Position numbers and translations under genes: made by a program. The notes below the pieces were generated by a model. The model did not search any database and was not told the origin of the DNA. It worked only from the letters and a program-made list of their open reading frames with translations. A DNA stretch of 51,838 nucleotides from NCBI RefSeq assembly GCF_001194135.2, contig NC_069009.1, positions 5,847,500 through 5,899,337 of the forward strand, given 5' to 3'. Below are positions 1-11,819 of the stretch, piece by piece. Source of the stretch: Octopus bimaculoides. Its lineage: Eukaryota. The stretch's first letter is position 1. Each line of letters begins with the position of its first letter.

Positions 1-177
1 ATATGTATGTATGTATATATATATATATGTATGTGTATATATGTACTCATAATTTCACACACATGTATGTGTGTGCATGTGTATATATATATATATATAT
101 GCGTATTTGTGAGTGTGTGTGTGTATGAATATATACGTGTACATGTTCATATACATATAAATATGTATGTGTGTATC

Positions 178-219
<42 letters not shown>

Positions 220-249
220 CATACACATACACACACACACACACATGTA

Positions 250-410
250 AAAGCATGGCTGTGTTGTAAGAAGCTTGTTTCCCAACCACACTGTTCCATG
301 TTCAGTCTCACTGTGTGACACATTGGGCGAGTGTCTTCTATAGCCCCAGGTCAACCAAAGCTTTGTGAGTGGATTTGGTTGATGGAAACTGAAAAAAACC
401 CATCATCTAT
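250..410 (+). mobile_element. SINE family A, 5' module (tRNA-like head)
   Basis: A-box-like TGGCTGTGTTG followed by cccaaccac...ttcagtctcactg...gagtggatttgg...ggaaactgaaa; the same module recurs more than 15 times in the window. Confidence 0.8.
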
Positions 411-413
411 ATA

Positions 414-449
<36 letters not shown>

Positions 450-477
450 TGTATGTATGTATGTATATACATTATTC

Positions 478-662
478 TTCATCAACATTTAACATTCGTT
501 TTCCATGCTGGCATGGGTTAGATGACTTGATAAGAACTACCAAGAGCTGGGGGTGCACCAAGTTCCCTAGTCTGTTGTGGCATGGTTTCTATGGCTGAAT
601 GCCCTTCTATATACCAGCCCCTTCACAGAGTGTACTGGCTGCATTTTATGTGGCACTAAGTA
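478..662 (-). mobile_element. SINE family C fragment (RTE-like 3' tail)
   Basis: Reverse complement of the family tail aacccatgccagcatggaaaacgaatgttaaatgttgatg and upstream gaagggcattcagcc motif. Confidence 0.65.
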
Positions 663-1621
663 CAAGTACTTTTTACACCGCACTTACATGCACACCTTGG
701 TTTTAGGATGTCACTCCTGTTGTGGTGGGTGGGTTTTCTAATGTGCATCAATGTGCCAATTATATCCTGGTCCTCTGTCTTCTTTGTAAGGTTCAGCATT
801 TTGAGATCCACCTTGAATATTTCGTCCCATGTCCTCCTGGCACCCGCTCTTCCACAACTTCCCTCTAACACACGCAAACACACATGCATGCATATATATA
901 TATATATATATATANNNNNNNNNNNNNNNNNNNNNNNNNNNNNNNNNNNNNNNNNNNNNNNNNNNNNNNNNNNNNNNNNNNNNNNNNNNNNNNNNNNNNN
1001 NNNNNNNNNNNNNNNNNNNNNNNNNNNNNNNNNNNNNNNNNNNNNNNNNNNNNNNNNNNNNNNNNNNNNNNNNNNNNNNNNNNNNNNNNNNNNNNNNNNN
1101 NNNNNNNNNNNNNNNNNNNNNNNNNNNNNNNNNNNNNNNNNNNNNNNNNNNNNNNNNNNNNNNNNNNNNNNNNNNNNNNNNNNNNNNNNNNNNNNNNNNN
1201 NNNNNNNNNNNNNNNNNNNNNNNNNNNNNNNNNNNNNNNNNNNNNNNNNNNNNNNNNNNNNNNNNNNNNNNNNNNNNNNNNNNNNNNNNNNNNNNNNNNN
1301 NNNNNNNNNNNNNNNNNNNNNNNNNNNNNNNNNNNNNNNNNNNNNNNNNNNNNNNNNNNNNNNNNNNNNNNNNNNNNNNNNNNNNNNNNNNNNNNNNNNN
1401 NNNNNNNNNNNNNNNNNNNNNNNNNNNNNNNNNNNNNNNNNNNNNNNNNNNNNNNNNNNNNNNNNNNNNNNNNNNNNNNNNNNNNNNNNNNNNNNNNNNN
1501 NNNNNNNNNNNNNNNNNNNNNNNNNNNNNNNNNNNNNNNNNNNNNNNNNNNNNNNNNNNNNNNNNNNNNNNNNNNNNNNNNNNNNNNNNNNNNNNNNNNN
1601 NNNNNNNNNNNNNNNNNNNNN

Positions 1622-1780
1622 GATATGGATAGTATTATTGGACGCTCAGGAAAGGAAAGAGAGAGTGTATGACGTTTCTGGCGTAGCCCTTCGTCGGAAA
1701 GATGGAAAGTTCGGAGAATGGAAGAACGGAGAAAGAGGAAAATGGTACCGATGCCCATGAGGTTACATTATATATATATA
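1622..1780 (-). mobile_element. Penelope-like terminal-repeat remnant with degenerate hammerhead motif
   Basis: Minus strand reads ttt CCGACGA a gggc tac gcca GAAAC GTC atac at 1700-1665; lies next to a TA microsatellite and a gap. Confidence 0.5.
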
Positions 1781-2123
1781 TATATAAGTTTGCTCCACCC
1801 AGGATGGGTAAAACTTTGATCAAACCTGCATAGGAATGTCTAACTTGGATGAATATGCACCGCAAATGAACCAGCTAAATACACATAAATGCGACATCAA
1901 AGGACAATAAGCTACTTATCCAGAAGAGACACGTGTCAGATTGAAATTTAATGACAATATTATTGTTATGAATAAGCTTTGAAGATGTATAATTCTCCAT
2001 TGTTCTTTATGATATCTTGATTGTACACTCTGTATGTGCTATCAAAATCCAATTCGATGTGGTTAGCCAGATCTGGATTGTATCAGAGTGCTAATAAGGC
2101 ACCTACTTGGATTCCAAATCCCT

Positions 2124-2436
2124 AGGCATGGTTGTGTAGTAAGAAGTCTTGTGAGTGGATTTGGTAAACGGAAACTGAAAGAAGCCCATGGTATGTATGT
2201 ATATATATATATATTTATGTATGTATGTGTGTCTTTGTGTCTTCCTCCACCATCGCTTGACAACTGATGTTGGTGTGCTTACGTTCCCATAACTTAGTGG
2301 TTTGGCAAAAGAGACTGATAGAATAGGTACTCGGCCCACAAGGAATAAGTCCCGGACTTGATTTTTTTGACTGAAGCCCTTCAAGGCGGTGCTCCAGCAT
2401 GGCTGCAATGAAATGACTGAAACTGGTAAAAGAATA
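2124..2436 (+). mobile_element. SINE family A, internally deleted, both modules
   Basis: Head with deletion, microsatellite linker, then 3' module ending ggcggtgctccagcatggctgcaatgaaatgactgaaactggtaaaag. Confidence 0.85.
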
Positions 2437-2826
2437 AAGAATACACACACACACACATACATACATACACACACATACATACACACATACATACACACAC
2501 GCACACATAAACACACACCCATGCACACATACATACACATATACATACACACACACATAAACACACACNNNNNNNNNNNNNNNNNNNNNNNNNNNNNNNN
2601 NNNNNNNNNNNNNNNNNNNNNNNNNNNNNNNNNNNNNNNNNNNNNNNNNNNNNNNCTTGTCATGAACTTTATTAGCTTACAGCTGTTTCGTATTCCCTCA
2701 TCTAATTTCATATTACTACTCTCTACTCAACTGACACTTTTTATATGAAGCATATACTTATTGAGTTTTAACACCAGTTTAGTAGTATTGCTATGCAAAA
2801 TAATAATAAAAATATTAATAATTGTT

Positions 2827-2867
<41 letters not shown>

Positions 2868-3127
2868 TATAATGATGTAAATGTTATAATGGTGAAAATG
2901 TTTGAAAAGGACTCCTTGTGGTGAATTATAAAAAAAAATTGAAAGGAAAATTCATTGAAATATGTATGTTGAAAGAAATATCTTTATGAAATAACATTTG
3001 CATAGTTGATTGGTTTGGCAATTAACCGAATAGCACTCTTGCGTCTGATTGGTTAACAAGCTTCACCAGTTAAACACTGACAGTACTCAGTATCCATCAA
3101 CAAATGCACAAAACAAGCCACATGATA

Positions 3128-3348
3128 TTCTTCTCAACTCTAGGCACAAGGCCTGAAATCTTTTGTGGGGAGGGGGCCAATCGATAAGATCGACCCCAGT
3201 ATGCAACTGGTATTTAGTTTATCGGCCCTGAAAGGATGAAAGGCAAAGTCGACCTTGGCGGAATTTGAACTCAGAATGTAAAGGCAGGCGAAATACCGCT
3301 AAGCGAAATACCCGGCATGCTAACGTTTCTGCCAGCTCACCACCTTCT
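3128..3348 (-). mobile_element. SINE family B (tRNA head plus central gtcgactttgcctttcatcctttc domain, possibly Meta/MESC-like)
   Basis: Reverse complement of the copy at 42622-42828: gagctggcagaaacgttagc...gagttcaaattccgccaaggtcgactttgcctttcatcc; superfamily label from memory only. Confidence 0.8.
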
Positions 3349-4223
3349 AGAATACTACAGAAAGATATTCTTTCTANNNNNNNNNNNNNNNNNNNNNNNN
3401 NNNNNNNNNNNNNNNNNNNNNNNNNNNNNNNNNNNNNNNNNNNNNNNNNNNNNNNNNNNNNNNNNNNNNNNNNNNNNNNNNNNNNNNNNNNNNNNNNNNN
3501 NNNNNNNNNNNNNNNNNNNNNNNNNNNNNNNNNNNNNNNNNNNNNNNNNNNNNNNNNNNNNNNNNNNNNNNNNNNNNNNNNNNNNNNNNNNNNNNNNNNN
3601 NNNNNNNNNNNNNNNNNNNNNNNNNNNNNNNNNNNNNNNNNNNNNNNNNNNNNNNNNNNNNNNNNNNNNNNNNNNNNNNNNNNNNNNNNNNNNNNNNNNN
3701 NNNNNNNNNNNNNNNNNNNNNNNNNNNNNNNNNNNNNNNNNNNNNNNNNNNNNNNNNNNNNNNNNNNNNNNNNNNNNNNNNNNNNNNNNNNNNNNNNNNN
3801 NNNNNNNNNNNNNNNNNNNNNNNNNNNNNNNNNNNNNNNNNNNNNNNNNNNNNNNNNNNNNNNNNNNNNNNNNNNNNNNNNNNNNNNNNNNNNNNNNNNN
3901 NNNNNNNNNNNNNNNNNNNNNNNNNNNNNNNNNNNNNNNNNNNNNNNNNNNNNNNNNNNNNNNNNNNNNNNNNNNNNNNNNNNNNNNNNNNNNNNNNNNN
4001 NNNNNNNNNNNNNNNNNNNNNNNNNNNNNNNNNNNNNNNNNNNNNNNNNNNNNNNNNNNNNNNNNNNNNNNNNNNNNNNNNNNNNNNNNNNNNNNNNNNN
4101 NNNNNNNNNNNNNNNNNNNNNNNNNNNNNNNNNNNNNNNNNNNNNNNNNNNNNNNNNNNNNNNNNNNNNNNNNNNNNNNNNNNNNNNNNNNNNNNNNNNN
4201 NNNNNNNNNNNNNNNNNNNNNNN

Positions 4224-4790
4224 ACTTCATTTCACTCCAGAAACAAACTCTCTTAAATGCCTGGATGTGAAGGTTCATGGCTTAGTGGTTAGGGTGTTGG
4301 ACTCATGATTGTAAGATTGTGGTTTCAATTCCTGGATCAGGCAATACATTGTGTTCTTGAGCAAAACACTTCATTTCACTCCAGAAACAAACTCTCTTAA
4401 ATGCCTGGATGTGAAGGTGCATGGCTTAGTGGTTAGGGTGTTGGACTCATGATTGTAAGGTTGTGGTTTCAATTCCTGGACCAGGCAGTACTTTGTGTTC
4501 TTGAGCAAAACACTTCATTTCATATTGCCCCAGTCTACTCAGCTGGTAAAAATGCATAATTACTGTGAATGGTCCAGCTTTCCAATTTCTTTGGTGTATG
4601 TATTCCTTCCTAGGCAGGACAGTGATCCATCACGGGGCGCCTCTCTTTTGCCAATTGAATGGACTGGAGTAACATGAAATGAAGTGTTTTGCTCAAGGAC
4701 ACAACACATTGCCCAGTCCAGAAATCAAAACCATAAACTTACAATCATGAGTGCAACATCGTAACCACTAAGCAATGTGCCTGCACAGTG
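4224..4790. mobile_element. SINE family D heads: 144-bp tandem units followed by an inverted copy (foldback)
   Basis: Unit restarts at 4224, 4368 and 4512; arm ~4411-4552 is the reverse complement of ~4645-4786; A/B-box-like TGGCTTAGTGG and GGTTTCAATTCC. Confidence 0.8.
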
Positions 4791-4929
4791 GAGGAATATA
4801 TACACCATAGACACTGGGAAATCAGCTTTATGCGTTTATATTATTTTGGAAGGAGCTTTATCCTTTAATCTATGATATTAACTGGTACTATGTCTTTTCA
4901 TCCAATGTCACTTCCTCAAATGTCTTTAC

Positions 4930-5150
4930 GTCTCTCTTTTACTCCCTTTTACTTGTTTCAGTCATTTGACTGCGGCCATGCTGGAGCACCGCCTTTAGTT
5001 GAGCAAATCAACCCCAGGACTTATTCTTTGTAAGCCTAGTACTTATTCCATCGGTCTCTTTTGCCGAAGTTACGGAGATGTAAAGACACCAGCATCAGTT
5101 GTCAAGCGATGTTGGGGGACAAACACAGACACACAAACATATACACACAT

Positions 5151-5189
<39 letters not shown>

Positions 5190-5348
5190 GCTTCTTTCAG
5201 TCTCCGTCTACCAAATCCACTCACAAGGCATTGGTCGGCCTGAGGCTATAGTAGAAGACACTTGCCCAAGGTGCTACGCAGTGGGACTGAACCCGGAACC
5301 ATGTGGTTGGTAAGTAAGCTACTTTCCACACAGCCACTCCTGCGCCTA
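4930..5348 (-). mobile_element. SINE family A, full length
   Basis: Both modules and the microsatellite linker; minus-strand head ggcgcaggagtggctgtgtgg...ggttccgggttcagtccc. Confidence 0.9.
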
Positions 5349-6479
5349 TGATGATTTTTTTTTTTGTCCATCGACAAATCCTGTCAATAAAATACTCAAT
5401 GATTATTTGATTTTAATGTTCTGAACATTAAAACCTTCTTTTCGAAAGAGTTTAATTAATTAAAATTGGATAAAAAGTCGGCAGAAAAAAAAAAAGTTAT
5501 CGGACAAAAAGATGTGAACGAAGTGATGCTGGACAAACGACATCGGGTGACAAGTCAGGTCATATGATATTAACCACTTTATAAATCCATTATATGTAAC
5601 AACACTATGTTGCTCATTTATTGCAGTTTAAATATAAAAATTAATGAATTTCAATAGAGATCTAGTCCAGACCCTGTTACTAACATTTCCACAGAGTGCT
5701 TAATAATTTGTTCAATAACATATTATGTTACATAATTATATAGCTGAACCATTTCCTCAGACAGGTTTTTACAACTGACAGCTGTCAAACATGTATAAAT
5801 GACAAGCATCTATATATTTTGAAATATATGAAAGCTATCAAGAAAATGCTTGTTTTTTAGATTTATAAAAACAAAATTCATGTGAGTGATAAGAGTAAAA
5901 ATGACTGTTTCAAGCTTGTTTTGTTGTTTCATTTCTTTTTTGGGTTTCATGTGAATACTCTGAACATCTTTTCTCTCTTTTACTTAATACTGCATTCTTG
6001 ATACAAACCTCATGACATTCTCTCATAAAACTGTTGTTTTTTTTATGCCTTTTGTAAAAAAAAAAAAGACAATACTTTCGCATACACTTTGAAACCAATG
6101 CTTTTTCTTAAAACCAAGTCTTATACATTAAAACCAGGGCTGATGCATTCGCAGAAGATGCTTAGCTCCATGGAAACCCAGTGCTGGTAATTCTGTTCGT
6201 TTTTTTTTTCAGCCCATTATTTTCTTGAGAGAAAATCCTTAATTTTTTTGCTCAACCAGAGGTCACTCTGCATTTTCAGTATGTAACTGCTGTTTCTGTA
6301 AGATTGTGCCTTCTCAACCATTGATAAGAGCTAGTTTTGAATTCATGGGGACACGTCTCACATAAGAACCATATAAATTTTGACAAAGAGGTAGCGCTTT
6401 TTTTTCAATCAGAGCTGACAATAAATAAATGATTGTCTTCACAGTATTATGCTTTGAGTGTGAATTCAGTTAGCCCAAC

Positions 6480-6514
<35 letters not shown>

Positions 6515-6747
6515 TAAATTCAATAATAGGACAAATTCTTTTACAAGAGTCCCTCATGGCGTGAGGCGTTATTGTATAGTAATGCCCTTATATAAATATA
6601 TATATATATATATATAATTATGTGTATTTCTTCTATCTTAATGAATAAAAATTCTTCTGATAGAATAAATGGGTTAATAGAAACCTTATCCATCTATTGT
6701 TTTCATAATCGGTCATAATGTCTTACGTTTAAGATGATTCCCATGCT

Positions 6748-6831
6748 TTCCCTGATGAGAAGGTTACAATTTTAATATCAAAGATCCCTATGGATCACAC
6801 AGGTTGTAATCCTTTGAAACATATGTAGGAA
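6748..6831 (+). ncRNA. Type I minimal hammerhead ribozyme, intact catalytic core
   Basis: Stem I ttcc(6748-51)/ggaa(6828-31); CTGATGA 6752-58; 11-bp stem II 6759-69/6804-15 with one bulge; GAAAC 6816-20; palindromic stem III ACATATGT; GTA cleavage triplet 6825-27. Confidence 0.8.
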
Positions 6832-6910
6832 TAAAGTATGCAATTATAACATGCGTTTTCTCCAATCCTTAAATTCTTATATATATATATATATATATAT
6901 ATACATACAT

Positions 6911-7268
6911 ATTACAGCTTTAAGATATCAATGATGTGATTGTGTATTTTTAGAATGATATTGTAGGATAAGTGTGAGAAACCAAATATGGTCAGTTTGA
7001 ATATAAAACATGAAGAATATCTGGGCTGGATTTGGCCAGTTTAATCCTTTAATATCCAGATTATTCTGTCAAATGTAATGCTTATTTATTCACATTGATA
7101 TGAATTAATCCTGCTTTATCTAATAGTTTTGAGATTTTGATGATGTGCTTGTTTAATTTTAGAATGACAGTGTAGAGTAGGTATGAAATGCCAGATCTGA
7201 CCAATTTAAACATGAATCAGGTAGAATATTTGTGCCAGATCTGGCCAGTGTAAATGGTAAAATGTTAA
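6911..7268 (+). mobile_element. Degraded tandem (~1.6 copies) of the piggyBac-like MITE seen intact at 45966-46181
   Basis: Shares tctcatagctttgagatttcaatgatg...tagaatgacattgtag...ggccagtttaa blocks; TIR remnants at ~7050 and ~7255-7268. Confidence 0.6.
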
Positions 7269-7658
7269 ACACCCTCAATCCACAAGACCCGGTTTCCTAT
7301 TTCACCTGTTAAATCAACTCTGAGACATTGCTGTCCTTCTGGTTTTGTTTGTGAGAATTCTGAAACCTTTTGCCCCTTCTATCTAGGCCCTTTTGTTAAC
7401 TCAAGACAACCAAATAACATCTGCAATATGTTTTCTCCATCTTTATCACCAATTTATCATTTAATTTATTCTTATTTATTTTATTGATTTCTCCTTCAAT
7501 CAATGTAGCTCAGTGTTGCACAAAAAACCCTTCTCCATGGGCCATAAATTTTCCCCTAATCTCCCAATTTTATTAATCGTTATTTATACTCACTTCGTTT
7601 TCCTTTACCTCTCCTTTTCCTTTACTCCATGTACACTTTATTGATTAACTTATATAAG

Positions 7659-8090
7659 TGCAGGAGTGGCTGTGTGTTAAGAAGTTTGCTTCTCAACCAC
7701 ATGGTTCCAGGTTCAGTCCCACTGCATGGCACCTTGGGCAGGTGTCTTCTATAGCCTCAGGCCAACCAAAGCCTTGTAGACGGAAACTGGAAGAAGCCCA
7801 TCATATATATATATTCTTTTATTCTTTTACTTCTTTCAGTCATTTGACTGTGACCATGCTGGAGCATCACCTTATATATATATGTTTGTGTGTCTGTGTT
7901 TGTCCCCCCAACATCGTTTGACAACCGATGTTGGTGTGTCTAAGTTCCCATAACTTAGCGGTTCGGCAAAAGGGACCGATAGAATAAGTACTAGGCTTAC
8001 AAAGAATAAGTCCTCGGGTCGATTTGTTCGACTAAAAGGCGGTGCTCCAGCATGGCCGTAGTCAAATGACTGAAACAAGTAAAAGATTAG
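7659..8090 (+). mobile_element. SINE family A composite containing an inverted tail fragment (~7815-7870)
   Basis: Plus-strand head and 3' module, with a short minus-strand copy of the tail between them. Confidence 0.8.
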
Positions 8091-8424
8091 AAGAATTGCA
8101 ACGTCTTGGACAAAAGTAAAACAAACAAACAAGCAATAACATGGCTGGGTGCTTAAGAAACTCCCTTTGCAATCTCATAGTTTTGAGTTCTGTTCCACCG
8201 CGTGGCACATTGAGCAAATGTCCTCTACTATAAAAACAAGCCAATCAATTTGGTACACGGAGACTGTGTACCAGACCAAATTATTCTACCTGTTTTATGT
8301 TCGCGCTGGCCAGATCCAGCCTCTCACACCTCACTTGCTTCTCGTTTAAACTTTTTTCTGCTTTCATGTACATTGTTTATACAAGTTTAATCTCATGTTT
8401 TATAGGAATCTAACTAGAATAGTA

Positions 8425-10415
8425 GAGTGTGATTCAAGGAAGATTTCGCTGCTATTTCTAACAGATCTAGCTACCATCTGAAGGTCTCCCACATAGGCTC
8501 ATATATACATATATACATACATAGGATATTACGGTATTATTTGAAGGATGTCTGACTGCTATTTCTGCCAGTTTTAATTACCATGTAGAGGTCTCTCTCA
8601 TTGGCTCATACATACATATATATATATGTATATATGATAAGACAGTAGGGTGTGATTTGAGGGCGATTTGGCTGCTATTTCTACCAGGTCAAGCTACCAT
8701 GTAGAAGTCTCCCTCATTGGCTCATACATACATACATATAGACATACATAAGACAGTAGAGAGTGATTTGAGGGAGATCTGGCTGCTATTTCTAACAGGT
8801 TTATCTACCGTGTAGAGGTCTCCCTCATTGGCTCATACATACATATATACATAGATAAGACAGTAGGGAGTGATTTGAGGGAGATTTGGCTGCTATCTTT
8901 ACCAGGTCCAGCTACCATTTAGAGGTCTCCCTCATTGGCTCATACATACATATATACATAGACAAGATAGTAGGGTGTGATTTGAGAGAGATTTGGCTGC
9001 TATTTTGACCAGGTCCAGCTACCATGAAGAGGTCTCCCTCATTGGCTCATACATACATATATACGACAGTGGGGTGTGATTTGAGGGAGATTTGGCTGCT
9101 ATTTCTACCAGGTCTAGCTACCATGAAGAGGTCCCCCTCATTGGCTCATACATACATATATACGACAGTAGGGTGTGATTTGAGGGAGATTTGGCTGCTA
9201 TTTCTACCAGGTCTATNNNNNNNNNNNNNNNNNNNNNNNNNNNNNNNNNNNNNNNNNNNNNNNNNNNNNNNNNNNNNNNNNNNNNNNNNNNNNNNNNNNN
9301 NNNNNNNNNNNNNNNNNNNNNNNNNNNNNNNNNNNNNNNNNNNNNNNNNNNNNNNNNNNNNNNNNNNNNNNNNNNNNNNNNNNNNNNNNNNNNNNNNNNN
9401 NNNNNNNNNNNNNNNNNNNNNNNNNNNNNNNNNNNNNNNNNNNNNNNNNNNNNNNNNNNNNNNNNNNNNNNNNNNNNNNNNNNNNNNNNNNNNNNNNNNN
9501 NNNNNNNNNNNNNNNNNNNNNNNNNNNNNNNNNNNNNNNNNNNNNNNNNNNNNNNNNNNNNNNNNNNNNNNNNNNNNNNNNNNNNNNNNNNNNNNNNNNN
9601 NNNNNNNNNNNNNNNNNNNNNNNNNNNNNNNNNNNNNNNNNNNNNNNNNNNNNNNNNNNNNNNNNNNNNNNNNNNNNNNNNNNNNNNNNNNNNNNNNNNN
9701 NNNNNNNNNNNNNNNNNNNNNNNNNNNNNNNNNNNNNNNNNNNNNNNNNNNNNNNNNNNNNNNNNNNNNNNNNNNNNNNNNNNNNNNNNNNNNNNNNNNN
9801 NNNNNNNNNNNNNNNNNNNNNNNNNNNNNNNNNNNNNNNNNNNNNNNNNNNNNNNNNNNNNNNNNNNNNNNNNNNNNNNNNNNNNNNNNNNNNNNNNNNN
9901 NNNNNNNNNNNNNNNNNNNNNNNNNNNNNNNNNNNNNNNNNNNNNNNNNNNNNNNNNNNNNNNNNNNNNNNNNNNNNNNNNNNNNNNNNNNNNNNNNNNN
10001 NNNNNNNNNNNNNNNNNNNNNNNNNNNNNNNNNNNNNNNNNNNNNNNNNNNNNNNNNNNNNNNNNNNNNNNNNNNNNNNNNNGACCAGGTCCAGCTACCA
10101 TGAAGAGGTCTCCCTCATTGGCTCATACATACATATATACGACAGTGGGGTGTGATTTGAGGGAGATTTGGCTGCTATTTCTACCAGGTCTAGCTACCAT
10201 GAAGAGGTCCCCCTCATTGGCTCATACATACATATATACGACAGTAGGGTGTGATTTGAGGGAGATTTGGCTGCTATTTCTACCAGGTCTATCTGCCATT
10301 TAGAGGTCTCCCAGATTGGCTCATACATACATATATACATACATAAGGCAATAAGATCTGATCTGAGGGAGATTTGGCTGCTCTTTCTGTTGGGTCTAGC
10401 CACTATACAGAGGTT
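8425..10415 (+). repeat. 99-bp minisatellite array, probably retroposon-tail derived
   Basis: Unit gacagtagggtgtgatttgagggagatttggctgctatttctaccaggtctagctaccatgaagaggtctccctcattggctcatacatacatatatac; period 99 at 9065/9164 and 10141/10240; about 12 visible units, edges diverged. Confidence 0.9.
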
Positions 10416-10669
10416 TCCCTATTATTTAACACCACTGTTAGATTGTTAATAGCTGCATCAGCATCGACATGAGCAGCAATCAATGTTGGTTCAGACAATG
10501 AGGGGTGAAGAGCATGCATAGGTTTGTGGAGGAGGGGTGGGCATGGCGCGTGGTCGGGAGCGGGGGCTGCGCAGCAAATAACATTTGAAAGGTTTCCGCT
10601 TGGAGTTTTGTCTTTCCACGGTGTGGAAACCCATTTCACACTCTCGTATGTACATATATCAGTACACAT

Positions 10670-10741
<72 letters not shown>

Positions 10742-11819
10742 TATATATACGTACATATACTTATGTATATATAAACACAATTATGTATGGATGTATCTAT
10801 GTATCTATATNNNNNNNNNNNNNNNNNNNNNNNNNNNNNNNNNNNNNNNNNNNNNNNNNNNNNNNNNNNNNNNNNNNNNNNNNNNNNNNNNNNNNNNNNN
10901 NNNNNNNNNNNNNNNNNNNNNNNNNNNNNNNNNNNNNNNNNNNNNNNNNNNNNNNNNNNNNNNNNNNNNNNNNNNNNNNNNNNNNNNNNNNNNNNNNNNN
11001 NNNNNNNNNNNNNNNNNNNNNNNNNNNNNNNNNNNNNNNNNNNNNNNNNNNNNNNNNNNNNNNNNNNNNNNNNNNNNNNNNNNNNNNNNNNNNNNNNNNN
11101 NNNNNNNNNNNNNNNNNNNNNNNNNNNNNNNNNNNNNNNNNNNNNNNNNNNNNNNNNNNNNNNNNNNNNNNNNNNNNNNNNNNNNNNNNNNNNNNNNNNN
11201 NNNNNNNNNNNNNNNNNNNNNNNNNNNNNNNNNNNNNNNNNNNNNNNNNNNNNNNNNNNNNNNNNNNNNNNNNNNNNNNNNNNNNNNNNNNNNNNNNNNN
11301 NNNNNNNNNNNNNNNNNNNNNNNNNNNNNNNNNNNNNNNNNNNNNNNNNNNNNNNNNNNNNNNNNNNNNNNNNNNNNNNNNNNNNNNNNNNNNNNNNNNN
11401 NNNNNNNNNNNNNNNNNNNNNNNNNNNNNNNNNNNNNNNNNNNNNNNNNNNNNNNNNNNNNNNNNNNNNNNNNNNNNNNNNNNNNAATTGATACATAGAT
11501 ACATACATATATACAAATATTTGCATACATATGCATACACACACACACGCACACACAAACATATATACTAACAAAAACGCACACAAACTATCTCTCTCTC
11601 TATTTGTCTATGCCATCTCTGCACCTCCTCTCTCTCTCTCCCTCTCTCTCTCTCTCACTTGTCACTCATGTTGCAACATTCAGAAATGTGCATGCAGTTT
11701 TGTGCATTTCGTTGCAACTGCTGCTGCTGTTGTTGTTGTTGTGTATTGGTCTGGGGAGGTGGTGGTGGTGGTGGAGAAGAGAATGTTTGTATGGCTGTTC
11801 TTTTTCCTCTACCACTGCC

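Noticed and set aside
9024-10303. 33-aa repeat protein MKRSPSLAHTYIYTTVGCDLREIWLLFLPGLAT
   Set aside because: A by-product of the 99-bp unit; outer units break the frame
10403-10780. 125-aa minus-strand ORF
   Set aside because: It starts in a (GT)n tract, has no recognisable domain and no convincing donor site
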